In this document: positions 36,996-49,642 of the stretch, in pieces
How the letters are laid out: every line of letters begins with the position of its first letter
Position numbering within the stretch: position 1 is the first letter of the stretch
NCBI RefSeq assembly: GCF_001447785.1
Contig: NW_015171514.1
Location: 403,639-467,638, forward strand
Source of the DNA: Gekko japonicus
Taxonomy: Eukaryota
Length of the DNA stretch: 64,000 bases
Direction: 5' to 3'
The notes under the pieces: model-generated
The model's database searches: none
Told to the model about the DNA's origin: nothing
Seen by the model: only the letters and a program-made list of their open reading frames with translations
Translations under genes and position numbers: made by a program

Positions 36996-38340
36996 AATAA
37001 CTTAAAGTGCAGCAACTCCTAGGTCGTAACAATTGATCCTTATTTCATTGCCAGGAAATGAGTTGCCTATGGTCCTCTCGAGCTCCCTTTTCCCCAGACC
37101 TTCATAGAATGCTTTATACATTTCACTACCTTTACACAGCCCAACTTTCATAGGGCTCTGTATGTACAGATCGAATGAATTTAGTTATATTCCTGGGGAG
37201 CAAATGAAGCCCCCTCCCTTCGAAGGGATGTTAATTATCCAGTGATATTCTTTACCTTCATGCCATGCAAAGCCACATCTGTGCATTTTCATGCATTAAG
37301 TCTATATTAAACAGACAAGACTCTCTTCCTTCAGATCTTCTGGCAACCCAGCACCCTGAAAAATAGGAAACTGAGGCCTGGAATTGTCACTGGCTAAAGT
37401 TTATGTCAGAAGGGAGCATCTCTGAAACGATCCCATATCCTCTGGATTGTCAAACTGTAGAAACAACACCAGAGAAGAACTGTATCAATTCTCTTAGTGC
37501 CTTGGCATTCCTAACGAACTATTCCACCCATTGCCAGCGGACCTGAACAGGAAGCATCCATTGTTTTAAAAATCAAGGAATCGCCCCAATAAGACATCTT
37601 GAAATGCTTTTAAATGTGAAATGCTTCTTTAATAAACGCTAAGAACCGTCATAGCCAACCGGTGAGTTCAGCTTTAAAATTGTGATATTGCCAATTTACA
37701 ATGTGGTGTCACTTTAAAACCTATATAATTTAATTTTGTTTGCTTGCTTCGGTACTTATTTATGTATTCTAAAAACCTTGCCCTGAAGAGTGTACAGTAC
37801 CTCTCAGTTCTTAATAGAAACTGGGTTCCTATCCTAAAGACCAGAACAAGCATACAGAAATGTGCACTGGCTCCTTCTTACCATCCCAATTATGCACCTG
37901 TGTGCAGGCTGTAAGCACACTCACCATGACGTGAAAATGGCTCCAGTGGCACCTATTTACCTATATAAGTATGGCTGGGCTGCCCGATCTAGTAGTTTCA
38001 TTCCTCCCAGCATGTGGGCAGAACAGCCCTCTGGCCTCCCAAGTCATGCTGATCATCTGATGGGTCCCGCTTGCCCCTTGCCCCACTGGAACCTCCCTGG
38101 AAGCCATCTGCCAACCGGCACCTCCCATAGCCTGTTGTAACCAACGCCACTCATCTAGGCCCTGGTCACTCATAGGACTTCCCCTTAAGAAAATGCACTA
38201 TTAAACCTGTGAAGAATGCTCATTGGATCCAAACCAGTGACATGTAACGACATGCCAGCTGTCAAATTCCCGGATCACAGCATCAGATTGAAGTCACTCC
38301 TTATTCCTGCTAAAACAGAAAGCATAAAGTACTAATGATG

Positions 38341-38625
38341 CATTGCAATGGATATAATGAATCCTAACCCAGGACAAAGACTAACCCAATGTTTTGCCAA
38401 CTCAGTAAGCATTCACACTGTCAAGGTCACACGCTGCTGATAAGGATTCTCTCACAGAAGGAAACCACTGACTACTATTGCAAGGTACGAATTACGTATT
38501 GCAATGGATATTATGAATCCCAACACATGACAAGAGATTAACCCAATTTGCCAACTCAGGGAGCCTTCACTCTTACAAAGTCACATGTTGCTGATAAGTA
38601 TTCCTCCATAGAAGGAAACCATTAG
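38341..38625. repeat. Diverged direct duplication, ~130-bp units with ~157-bp period
   Basis: ATTGCAATGGATATWATGAATCC...TAACCCAAT..TTTGCCAACTCAG...GCTGATAAG..AGAAGGAAACCA occurs twice. Confidence 0.8.
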
Positions 38626-38799
38626 AGGTTAAGTTGTTTTCCATTCGGTTTACACTTGCTTTCACCCTTACACTCTAAGTGCCCAATTGAGCTACCCAGT
38701 TGTTAGCTGTTTCCATTGTCTGCACTCCCACACCGTAAGTTCTATGTCTGTTCAAGGGTTACAATTAGCTACCATTAAAGGCTTCAATAGTATTTCGAG

Positions 38800-39040
38800 A
38801 AAAAGAGACCAGATTTACCCCGCTCTTCACTCAGTGGCCTACAATCTCGTCCCCATATTCTTCCCACAAAAAACACCCCACGAGGCACGTGGGGCTGAAA
38901 GAGCTCTGAGAGAAACACTCTTGAGAGCACAGCGCCAATTGAACCGCGACTGACCCAAGGTCACCCAGCTGTCCTCATGTGGAGGAATGTGGAATCATAC
39001 CAGGTCCCCCAGATTAGAGTCGCTGCTCTTAATCACTACC
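38800..39040 (-). mobile_element. Squam3-type tRNA SINE
   Basis: Homologous to 13100-13313. Confidence 0.7.
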
Positions 39041-39439
39041 AGATATACAGCCCTTTACTTTAGGGCCACTATTATAAACTGGAGAACAGGCAATTTATAA
39101 TATTTTCTCTGAATAAAACCATGTAAAATTGCCAAATAAGCCATGCCGCTTTAAGTAGGTAGTCCCTTTTATGTATTTATTTTATCTTTTTATTTTAAAT
39201 AAAGAATATCCCCTTCAATACCACTCTATGCTTTCAAGCTTGTTGAAATGAGTATTGTCTACTCAGACTGGCAAGGCTCTCCAGATCAGAAGCATAGGTC
39301 TGTCATGTCACCTACTGCCAAATCCTTCGAGGAAAAAATACTGCATGTTGAACCTGGGACCCTCAGCATGTCAAACAGCATGTCAAACAGATGATCTCTC
39401 ACTGGGACACCTCCCTTCCCAAAAGGCCCTCATGGCCCT

Positions 39440-40477
39440 TATTACAGAGATTAGATCCCTTATACATCCAACTCTGATGACGGAAACTCGGGCATTGAGT
39501 TACGAGGTTTTACTAAATAAAAGCAATGAATTAAAATCACAAGAAACCTTACAATCTCATCAGATTAAACTAACATGGTGGGAAAGAAACCAACTAATAT
39601 CCAAATATAATAAAGACAACCAAACGGGGATCAATAAAAACTTTACAGAATTAGATAAAATTTTACTGGGCCCAGAAGCGAAAATAATAGGCAAAATATA
39701 CTCTTTTCTATTAGAAAATAGAGTACATGATAGAAATAAGAAAACACCCTTGACAAAGTGGAATAACAACATAGGGAAAATAATTGATCCACGAAAATGG
39801 GAAGGGATATGGAAAAATGTAAGTCAGTTAAAGGCGGTATCATTAAAGGAAAATCTGTACAAGATATGCTATCGATGGTATTTAGCTCCTGCTAGGGTGG
39901 CCAGGTTTTATCCTGGGTATAGTAATATGTGTTGGAAATGTAACACACAATTTGGTTCATTCTATCATGCCTGGTGGACGTGTGACAAGGTAAAGAAATA
40001 CTGGAAAGAGGTACATCAGGTGATCACCCAGGCAACAAAAATACAAATAGCACTGGACCCTGAAATATTTTTATTAAATATATTACCTGAAAGTTGGGAA
40101 AAGAGAGACAAACATGTTTTGACGAATCTATTAGCGGCAGCTAGAATTGTATTAGCCAGCTACTGGAAAAGAAATGAAATCCCGGACAGGCTAGACTTTA
40201 TAAATAAAGTAATTGAGGTGATAGAAATGGACAATTTAACACAAAAACTCCACGGAAGAACAAATTCAGTGTTTTCATCTATGTGGTCAAATGTATATAA
40301 CTGGATTGATAAGAATGTATAAGGAAATTTGAATGTAACGCTACTTGTATATGTAAAATTACATCAGATATGATTTAGGATCGATTTTAAGCACGAGAGA
40401 TGGATATGTATAGGGTGCAGGGGTGGTGGGTGTACTACTTTTTTTATACTCTAATAATAATCTATTTAAAAAAAAAA
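39440..40477 (+). mobile_element. 5'-truncated L1-clade LINE: ORF2 C-terminus, 3' UTR and poly(A)
   Basis: Open frame to 40322 with RWY..P.R......CWKC....GSFYHAWWTC..VK.YW (cysteine-rich ORF2 C-terminal domain); poly(A) at 40468-40477. Confidence 0.9.
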
Positions 40478-41983
40478 CCAATGCCACCAACATTGGATGC
40501 AAGACGGAAGTAAGGAAGGAATGGACCACCAACTCCTTTCCCCTTCCCAAGGTAAACACCCTGCAAGGAGCCGAGAAAGCTCCTTCCAGAACTGTCCCTG
40601 AAACTCCCTGACAGAACTAAGGCTCGCACCATATGCCCCCACTCTATGCAGGCAGAAATGAAATCATGCAGGCATAAATGAAGTAAGATGGCCGACCGGC
40701 AATGTAGGCTTCCAAGTTGGCCACTTGTCTATGAATTTATAAAATGGCCACCAGCAAAAAAGACCACCCCAAGATGGCCACTTAGAATTGCCACCCCCAA
40801 GATGGCCTCTCCTGCCTACCCTGCCAAAATGGCCACCTCACAAAGACTACCAGAAGATGGCCGCCTTGTGCCTGTTCCTTGAAGCTCCCTAAAAATGGCC
40901 ACCCAGTCATTAAGGTTGATCTACAGATAGGCAACCCCTCTAACTGTTCTGCTGCCGCCGACTGTTTGACACGGTCTGATGCCCCGAGTAGGCAGCCGGT
41001 CATTCTGCTGCCTCCGCCGCTAAATGAGGCACCAGCGCCACCCACGCTTCCACGTACTAGCCGGGCCAATCTGCTGCCGCAAAAAACAGCTGCGCGATCG
41101 GGCAAACTCTGCCCTGATCGCACAGCCGTCGTCGCCCTCGCTGCAGCTAGCAGAAGCATCGCTGCTGACCCTCCAAATAAATACCAAAGCTCCCTAACCA
41201 GCCCTTCCGTGAACCTTCCGAGTATTTAACTATGGCCAAGCAGAGCCAAAATGGAAGGGGGGGGCAATAGCCCGTGGCTTATCTGCGCGGCCCTGGAACC
41301 ATGTCTAGGGGCCGCCGATGTTCTCCTCAGCGCCCACGTCACCCGTCCAATGGCCACGCCGCTCCAGGGACCTGCTGCCATCGGCAGCAACCGCTGCTGA
41401 GGGAATCCTCCCCTACACATAGAGCGGGCGAAACAGACTCCGACACCACAAAACGGGTCGGAATCAGCCCGCTGACGCCTCCCTCCAACAGCCGGTTCCT
41501 CTGCCGTCTCCTCTCGCTTGGCCCAGCAAACGGGCCGCAGGAGGAGGCAATCAAAAGGCCGGCCTCAGGAGCTAAACTCCGCGTGCTCTTCACCAAACGA
41601 GCATGCGGAGCAACTGCCAGAAGCGGGAGCGGAGCCTGGCCCTTTGAGATGGCCGGCTCTGTCCCCCACGTCAGGACGCAGCGTCTTGCTTTGTTGCCGT
41701 CCTGATTCTTCGGGGTGGCAAAATAGCCCCCGCCCACCATCGGCGTTGCCGGGCGGGCGGGAGCTCCGTTTTCAGTCCTTATGTTGTTGGCATTAGGGTG
41801 GCCCCATGGAAGAGCTCCTGCACAGTTGTCCATTGCCACTCAGTAGAGCAGTGGGGGGAAAGTGGGGGAGGGAATAGGCATGGCTGCAACACCACTTCCA
41901 GCATGAACCTGGAAGAGATGTCAGCATGATTTTATTATTTTACCACAGAGTTTTGGTGGATTCCTAAAGAATGTCACACAGAT

Positions 41984-42240
41984 AAGAACATAAGAGAAGC
42001 CATGTGGATCAGGCCAATGGCCCATCCAGTCCAACACCCTGTGTCACACAGTGGCCAAAATCCAGGTGCCATCAGGCGGTCCACCAGCAGAGCCAGACTC
42101 CAGAAGCCCTCCCACTGTTGCTCCCCAAGCACCAAGAACACAGAGCATCACGGCCTCAGACATAGTGTTCTATCCATACCTTGTGGCTAATAGCCACTGA
42201 TGGACCTCTGCTCCATGTTTATCTAATCCCTTCTTGAAGT
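41984..42240 (-). mobile_element. CR1 LINE 3' fragment
   Basis: TAAGAACATAAGA tail; homologous to 24870-25152. Confidence 0.82.
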
Positions 42241-42293
42241 TATGATGTGCTGACATAACTTCTAGGTTTGCACAAGAAGTGATGTTGCAGCAT

Positions 42294-42448
42294 TGCCACA
42301 ACACTTATTTGGTATGTCTCCACTCCTTACAATGCCCACTAGTTGCCAGCATCTATTTGGTATGTCTCCATTCCCTATAATGCCCGCTAGTTGCCAGCAC
42401 CTATTTGGTATGTCTCCACTCCCTACAATGCCCGCTAGTTGCCAGCAC
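42294..42448. repeat. 48-bp minisatellite, 3 copies
   Basis: Unit CTATTTGGTATGTCTCCACTCCCTACAATGCCCGCTAGTTGCCAGCAC. Confidence 0.9.
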
Positions 42449-43423
42449 TCACTTACAACACTAGTTGGCATTCAGGTCTGTCATAGAAGATCATGCTACC
42501 CATGGTGCTCCCAATACATATAGTTGCAGTTTCATGTGAATAGGGGCAACACATATATTTTCCAGGTTTGGTACATACAGATGCAAAGCCTGAAGAAATG
42601 AGATCATGCATATTGAACCTAAAACATACACATGTTGCCCTAATCACGCAAAATGGCAACAGCACATATCAAGAGGTTCGTGGGTAGTGTGCTCTTCCCT
42701 TAAGAGCAGGTGGATCACCAAAAACTTATTGACCAAAAATGATGTTAGTGTAGTGAGTTAAACTAGGATAAAACTGGAAGTTTGAGTTACACTGGGATAA
42801 AGCTGGGATATATAGGGTTAGAATTTGGCTCTTTAAAGTGATAATATGTTTTATGGTTGTATCAAGATTATTCTAGTTTAGGTGAACTGGTGCACCGTTG
42901 TTGTTCTTCTGATCATTATAGTTCAAATACGATGAATCCATACACTTCCATGCTAACCAGGAGAGGCTTTTCATATACCATGTGTGCAGCCAGAGGACCA
43001 CAATATAGAAAATGCTCCAGCATATGTTATTCCCATACTCCATTGCCATTACTGATAGAGCAGCATTGAGTTGCATGAGTGTGATGAGCATGGAGGTGCC
43101 CTGTGGGAAGGGATACCTGCCTTTAACATTCATCATGCTCCTAGAACTCTCCTATGGTACTTAACCAACCAGGAGCCCTAGAAGATGCCACCAGGTTATC
43201 TCTGATGACTACAGGGGGGAAAGTGATACTTTCAGATCTTTCTTACTCCCGTACCCTGAAGCATGTTAGGCATGTGAAAAATAAAGTGTATTGCTGGGCC
43301 AAGATGCTTTTGTGAGAACATGTTAATTTAAGTATTGCTTTCTTTTGGATAAGTCAAAGAGCTGTGAGTGAAAAATAAATGCTGGGATTAAATTATTTTC
43401 CTGCATTTTTCTTTTTTTGGCAG

Positions 43424-43480
43424 TATGTTGTGGTGACAGTCTGTTTGAAAGCTGGTTTGGAAACCACAGCATGGACAAAA
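43424..43480 (+). CDS. ATP8A2: ATP8A2 coding exon, YVVVTVCLKAGLETTAWTK
   Basis: Polypyrimidine tract with ggcag| acceptor and |gtaagt donor; 57 nt. Confidence 0.95.
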
Positions 43481-43824
43481 GTAAGTATTAAGACATGTTT
43501 TAAATCAAAACTTTCCACCCTCTTCCGNNNNNNNNNNTATACTATAATTAAGTAAAGAAAATAATATATTTGGAATATATGTTTTGTAATGTAGGTGTTG
43601 AATTACGAGTTCTATCACTGGCATTTTTCCTACAATGCCTGCAGCCAGAAAGGTTAAGCAACTAAAATGAGTTTATTTGCAGACAGTGATTTATTTTATA
43701 TCTTTCTGATCCTTCCTTTCTACTATAGAAGCCTTTAGGTCTTTTTTTTTAGTCCACAATCAAAGTGGTTGTGCTATTATTTTCTCAACCAAAAAACAAA
43801 ACAAAAAACAAAATAAGAGCATTG

Positions 43825-44655
43825 CACTCAGGAAATAAGAACTTCCTGGTGGTCTCTGGCCTGAGAGAGATCCTGCTGTCCTCAACCAGGGTCATGGCTT
43901 TTTCGGCCCACCTGGTGGAACTACCTGGCCTACCTTTTTTGGCCTACCTGATGGAACTCTCTGCCGCAAGATGTGCATGCCCTGCGGGAGTTATTACCTT
44001 TCCGCAGGGCACGTAAGACAGAGATGTTCCCCCAGGCATTTGGTTGAGGACAGCGATGGGGGTGGGGGAATAGTATGACATCTGGCACTCTCATACACAT
44101 TCCCATCCCTTTCAACTCCCCCCCCCCCAAGAAAGCCAGGGGAGCCAATTTTCCACCATCTGGTATATGTACTTTAGATTCTTTTGAACTATGGTGCTGG
44201 AGAAGACTCTTGAGAGTCCCTTGGACTGCAAGAAGATCAAATCAGTCAATCCTAAAAGAAATCAACCCTGACTGTTCCCTGGAAGGCCAGATAATGAAAC
44301 TAAAGCTCAAATACTTTGGCCACCAAATGAGAAGGGAGCACTCACCGGAGAAGACCCTGATGCTGGGAAAGATTGAAGGTCAAAGAAGACGGGGTCGGCA
44401 AAGGATGAGATGGTTGGACAGTGTCATGGATGCAACGAACATAAAATTGAGCAGGCTTCGGAGGACGGCAGAAGACAGGAGGGCCTGGTGTGATCTTGTC
44501 CATGGGGTTGCGAAGAGTCGGACTCAACTGTGCGACTGAACAACAAATGTTTTAAACTAAAGAATTTTGTTGTCACTTTGTTATAAGCCAACCGTGAGCC
44601 CTACCTGTAGGGAAGGGTGGCCTAGCAAATCTAATTTAATAAATAAAATAAATAA
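43825..44655 (+). mobile_element. L2 LINE 3' fragment interrupted by BovB
   Basis: LHSGNKNFLVVSG..LSSTR.. region homologous to 14026-14490; (TAAA)n tail resumes after the BovB insert. Confidence 0.72.
44175..44547 (+). mobile_element. BovB (RTE) LINE 3' fragment
   Basis: DSFELWCWRRLLRVPWTARRSNQSILKEINPDCSLEG..LKLKYFGH..EKTLMLGKIEGQRRRGRQRMRWLD..VHGVAKSRTQL in one frame; CTGAACAACAA end. Confidence 0.93.
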
Positions 44656-46407
44656 TAAAAATCCTTTAAGCAACCCCCCCCCCCAGTAATAAGTAAATAT
44701 CAATAAAAGCACAAGTGTAAGGCATTACAGCTAAAATATCTAGTTAAAAAGTATGGACTTGTTCTGGAACCTAAAGATAGTTTTGTTGATATGAGGTGAA
44801 GTTCTCTGGGATGGGTTTTCCAAAGGAGGGACATCACCAAAGGAAAGATGCTTTCCCAGGTAGCACCCGACCTAAACTCTGAAGGTAGGACCTGGCCTAT
44901 AAAGATGATGGTAACTGAAAGACTGGCTCATACATGAGAATGTTATTCGTTATCCCAGATCATTCAAGATTTTATAAATAAAAACAAACACTTTGAACTG
45001 ATGTCTGAAGGCTCACTCAACTTCCATGTAGCCCCAGTATGATTCCTAGTGTACTGCTAGGATAGCCCACCCACGCCAGTCCAAGAATGGGAGGGAACCC
45101 TGTACCTTTTGCTGTACATTAAACAACAACCCACAGAGGTAGGCTACCCCCTCTGGATTCAGAACAATATGCCACCAGAACCTCTACAATGATCCCCCTC
45201 CCAACCTGAGATTAGAGGTTCAAAATCTCAGTTGGCATCTAAGATTTAAAACTTTAGCAACTCATTCCCAGAGATGCACACTTTTTACTCTCCAATAGTA
45301 GCGTATATGGTGAGTGTTTAGGCCACAAGATTTAGCCTTGGAATTCAGGTACAACATCAAAGACAATTTTAACAATCAGGAATCTTTATTTAGTACAGAA
45401 CATTGCAATTAGACTATAAAAGATTGCAAAACAATAAGCCTAAGGCGATTTGCCTTAACTACACAGTAAAAGATACATATTTACCAAGTTCAGGAATATC
45501 CAAACAGTCCAGAGTAGCACCAAGGGATTTTGAGCAGGAGAAATCCCATCTTTGCCAACCATGTGCTCAGCTCACAAAACAGTTCTTTGTCTCCCAGAGA
45601 GACAGCATTTTCCAGGTAGAATAAAACAAGTAGAGAGAACAGGAGCAGAACTGAGAGAGAGTCTCTCCCATAGGGAATGACCAGTTATAGGCCAATTCCA
45701 GTCACAAATTAGCCCTGGCCAGGAGCCAATTGCGAGTGGGAATGGAAATGCCCAAGATTTAGTTGTTATGGCTATGTGTGGGGATAGGCTAGAAGTTTGG
45801 GGACCACGCCTGCAGTCACATGGCCCCAAACTCCAGCTTCTCCATCGGCTATGTGACTTCTTGCATGTGGGCCTAGTGGGGTGCCTCACAGTCTAGCTTC
45901 TAGCATGGAAGTGTGAAGAATGTGGGTTTATGGCATGGCTATGGAGGCCATGTGGCCCACCATTTGGCTGGTAACAGGAAATAAGGCACAGCCTGTTATC
46001 AGAAGACAGAACAGGAGAAGGCAGGAGGCTTTTAGAAATCAATATTTCTATACAACTGCCTCACTGTTTTCTCAGCACTTGAGAGACGTATACATCACAG
46101 ACTGTTGTTACTGGTGAGGCCTCTTTCTGGGAGAACACTTAACAGAGCTCTAGTTCAGGGAAGGAGGGTCAGTCTCCCAAAGTTTCTTGTCGAAGGACCA
46201 CAAATGTGTTCCCTGACAATAACACAGTAGAAACTGTGCGTCCATGTTTTTTTTTAAAAGGCCTTGCATCCTAAATAAATGTAAACACACCTGCTAATTA
46301 CACAAGAGGAAAATGAGGCAGGGATAAGAAAACCTCTTAGTTAGCTTCCAGTTAGTTTTAGGGAAAATGTCTTTTGACCTTTAAAGCTGTAAATGATCTG
46401 ATTCCAG

Positions 46408-46524
46408 GGCTGTTTCCACACCAAGGATTTACCACATTTCATCCACCTGGTGCTTTTTTCACCCACATTTCCACATGACGTTGTCCTCTATTTGGGCACA
46501 GGTTGTTAACAGCCTGTTCCTTCC

Positions 46525-46556
<32 letters not shown>

Positions 46557-47182
46557 AAATCTTCTTTATTTTAAGCCTGTAAAAAAACCACTGTTTCCTA
46601 AGCAAGATGCTATCAGCACCAGCAGTCTAGAGGGGAAACAGAGTAATTGAAGGACTTTAGCAAAGTGCTAGTCAGTTGCTCCATTAATTTCTTGATGATA
46701 GCTAAGAGCCAGTTCCTAGCAGAAATTAACGTAACAGAAGAGGACTGCCTCCCTTTTAGACAGAGGGGAGGGGATTGTTGGAGGATGAGGTTTTTCTTTA
46801 AAAGGCATTGTGTTATTCCTATCCCTTGTTGTTTTTTCTTAAACAGATGATAATCATCCACAACTCAGCCTGCCTTTTAGGGAGGGGGGGGAAGGAGTTG
46901 TCAGAGGTGACTGTAAATATGGGGAGAAGATTTTGCATGATTTCTATGCAGCGTTACCGATGTTCCTCAAAAAAAAAAAACCTGGGTAGGTGAAAAATCA
47001 TGTGACAACACAGTGGGGGAGCTTTCAGTGCATATCATGTATGAATGGGAAGCCATAGCTAGCAGTGGTGAGGAAGCTAATCACCCTTGGCTGTTTGGAA
47101 TTTCTGTTGGAAAGATGATTTCACACAGAATCTCATCAGCAGCAAAACTGATGCGAAAAATCACCCTGGTGTGGAAACAGCC
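46408..47182. mobile_element. PIF/Harbinger-like non-autonomous element
   Basis: Perfect 16-bp TIRs GGCTGTTTCCACACCA / TGGTGTGGAAACAGCC; 3-bp TSD CAG. Confidence 0.85.
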
Positions 47183-49642
47183 CAGGTCGCATACTAGATC
47201 ACCTTCTTCCAATAAAAACTGATCCATTCTTCAAAGATTTTCTCTGGAATCCTGATCCACATTTCCCCCCCATTGTCTGAGCAGGTAATTTATATGAGAC
47301 AGAGCCGTATTTATTAATTAATTTCGAAAACACATATGCTGCCTCTCCAGGGACCTACTCGAGCTGGCTCACAAGGTAAAATCAGTATGATAAAATAACA
47401 ACAGTCTTAAAAACAATATTCATAGAACTCTGAGCCAGGATCTCCTGGGCCATGCGGAGCAATGTGCTTCGTGCGGCACAGCAGCTCCTGGGGTTCACTT
47501 CTCTTGCAGCCTGGTTTAAACCGGACTGCAGGAGAAGCTAGCCCAGCCAGGATCAGCTGTGTCCACAGGGAGCAGGTTGTTCCCTGCCAGCTCAGCTTCG
47601 CGCTGGTTTCCCCTGGTTGTTGTTTTTTTTAACCAGTATTTTTCTTCTCAGGTCTGTTGGACTCAAAAAATTTTGAAATTTTTTTTAAAAATCCCAGATC
47701 CAAATACTGTACCGATATTGGGATCCAGGATTTTTCAGAAATCCCAAAATGTTTTCAGGTCCAGTAGACCCGAACCAAAAAGTACCAGTTAAAGAAAATA
47801 TCTCACAACCCAAACGCTGCTATGTTCATGGCTTAGATATATGGCATGCCTTTATAAATCTTATTAAACTCTGTATAATATGATGCTTCTTCTCAGTCTG
47901 ATTGCCCCACAGTGACTGAAGAGACAGCAATTACTGATCTTCTTCTTTCTGAACTGAGCAAAAAAAGAGGCTTTACTGAAACCCAGTAAATCTGGTTTTC
48001 AGAAAGAAAATAGCTTGTTTCACTTAATTCCTGGATGTGTTTTTTATGATGAAGGGGGTGATTTTCTTCTCAGTCAGTTGTTCAATCTTACCAGCTCTGT
48101 GGCTGGCAAGACTTATTGTTTCAGCTGTAGGCGACTTGCCCCATTTAGACCTTCTCCCAGAACCTGCGGATTGTTGCTGTCGAGTTAAGCTTCATTTCCA
48201 TCATCAGGTGGATTTGTTACATGTAGCTTTGTCTGAGGCGTGAGAAAGTCTCATTCTAAACAAGAGGATGTGATAGGGGGAAATGAAAGACCAAATAAAT
48301 AAATAAGGGGGAAACCACAGTAGCTGTCACTCAACAGAGCAGAGAGAAAGTTTCTGATTGTTTGCATTTTCAGCAATTCTGACGGTTATCTCTTCAACCT
48401 CACCATTGAGAAACATTTGCGGTTATTGTGTGTTTTGTTAGTACATGTCGTGCATGTAATACTACCTTAGATCTGCAAACTGAATTCTGAACATCGTGTG
48501 TGAAAATTCATGCTTTTATCTCATGTATTGAGAACTGAGGTCTGCAGTTGGGGGAGATTGTTGAAAATTATTCCCCTTCTGTCCATGGAAATGCAAACCA
48601 GAGAGGCAGTCTTATAGAGCACCAGTTCTGCAGTTCCACATCTCATGCCCGGAGAGTAAAACTCTTCACCCAGGGCTATAACTCTGAAATGGTAGCCTCC
48701 ATATATAAAATCAAGGAGGTTTTAGGGTATTCAGCAACATAATTTCTCATACTTGAGTCTATGGAATTGTGCATCTTATGCTCCAGATACAGATTTTTTT
48801 CTCTCTCTTTTTTTGGTATGATGACAGGATTAAATTACAAAAAACAACACAAGAGTTAGCTAAACATGGAGTCCTTGATCTGGCTGGGTTTGCTGATGCT
48901 TTCAGATGATTTCTACCTCTTTTTTATCCCTTAAGCATATAAACAAATTAGAGGCTGCAGTAAGCTCAGAAATTGTTATTCAAATATCATATAAACATGT
49001 CTGCGAAGTTGAAGGATTTTGGCACATCAAGGGAATGACTAGAAAATTGCACTACTAACACTAGTTAATTAATTCAGAATAAGTGCCAGAGCATCATAAG
49101 TGTCATAATCCTAAACAGGTCTGCAGAGAAGTAAGTCCCCTTTCATTCAGTGAGGCATACACCCAGGAAGGCGTTATTGGGATTGTGGCCATGATCACCA
49201 TCATGGAATACAGTATCTAACTAATTAAAGCATAAAAATTGTGGCTAACAAATGAAAACACAAAAATTAAAATCTCATCTTGAAAGCCATTAAAACCAGC
49301 ACACCAGTACATCATTAAAACAAGCTAAAACCAGAGCTTAAAATAAGTACAAAAGCTAAAAACAACAATTGAAACAGTGGGGAGGAAAGAGAGTTCACTT
49401 AGGGAATGTCAAGCAAAACAAATAAAAAAGTCTTCACAAAAAAAAAGTCTTTACCTGTTTGTGAAAGACAGCAACAACTAGCCATTTGGTATAGACAAAA
49501 TGGGAAGAGGGAAGTACCATTTTATTGATTTATTTACTTTATTTAGAATATTAGGCAAAGAGTATGCTTATCAAATAGGACTGATTAACTTGGCAAGTTT
49601 TTGTTGTGTCTCAAAATGGAGTGTGGCATTTATAAATAGGTA

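Noticed and set aside
39255-40322. 355-aa ORF as a host gene
   Set aside because: It is the L1 ORF2 C-terminus with chance read-through from an upstream SINE.
40782-41839. Overlapping 100-170 aa ORFs in GC-rich blocks (also ~1300-1700, 2950-3450, 18830-19220, 33130-33760)
   Set aside because: Expected from the scarcity of stop codons in GC-rich DNA; no domains and no splice support.
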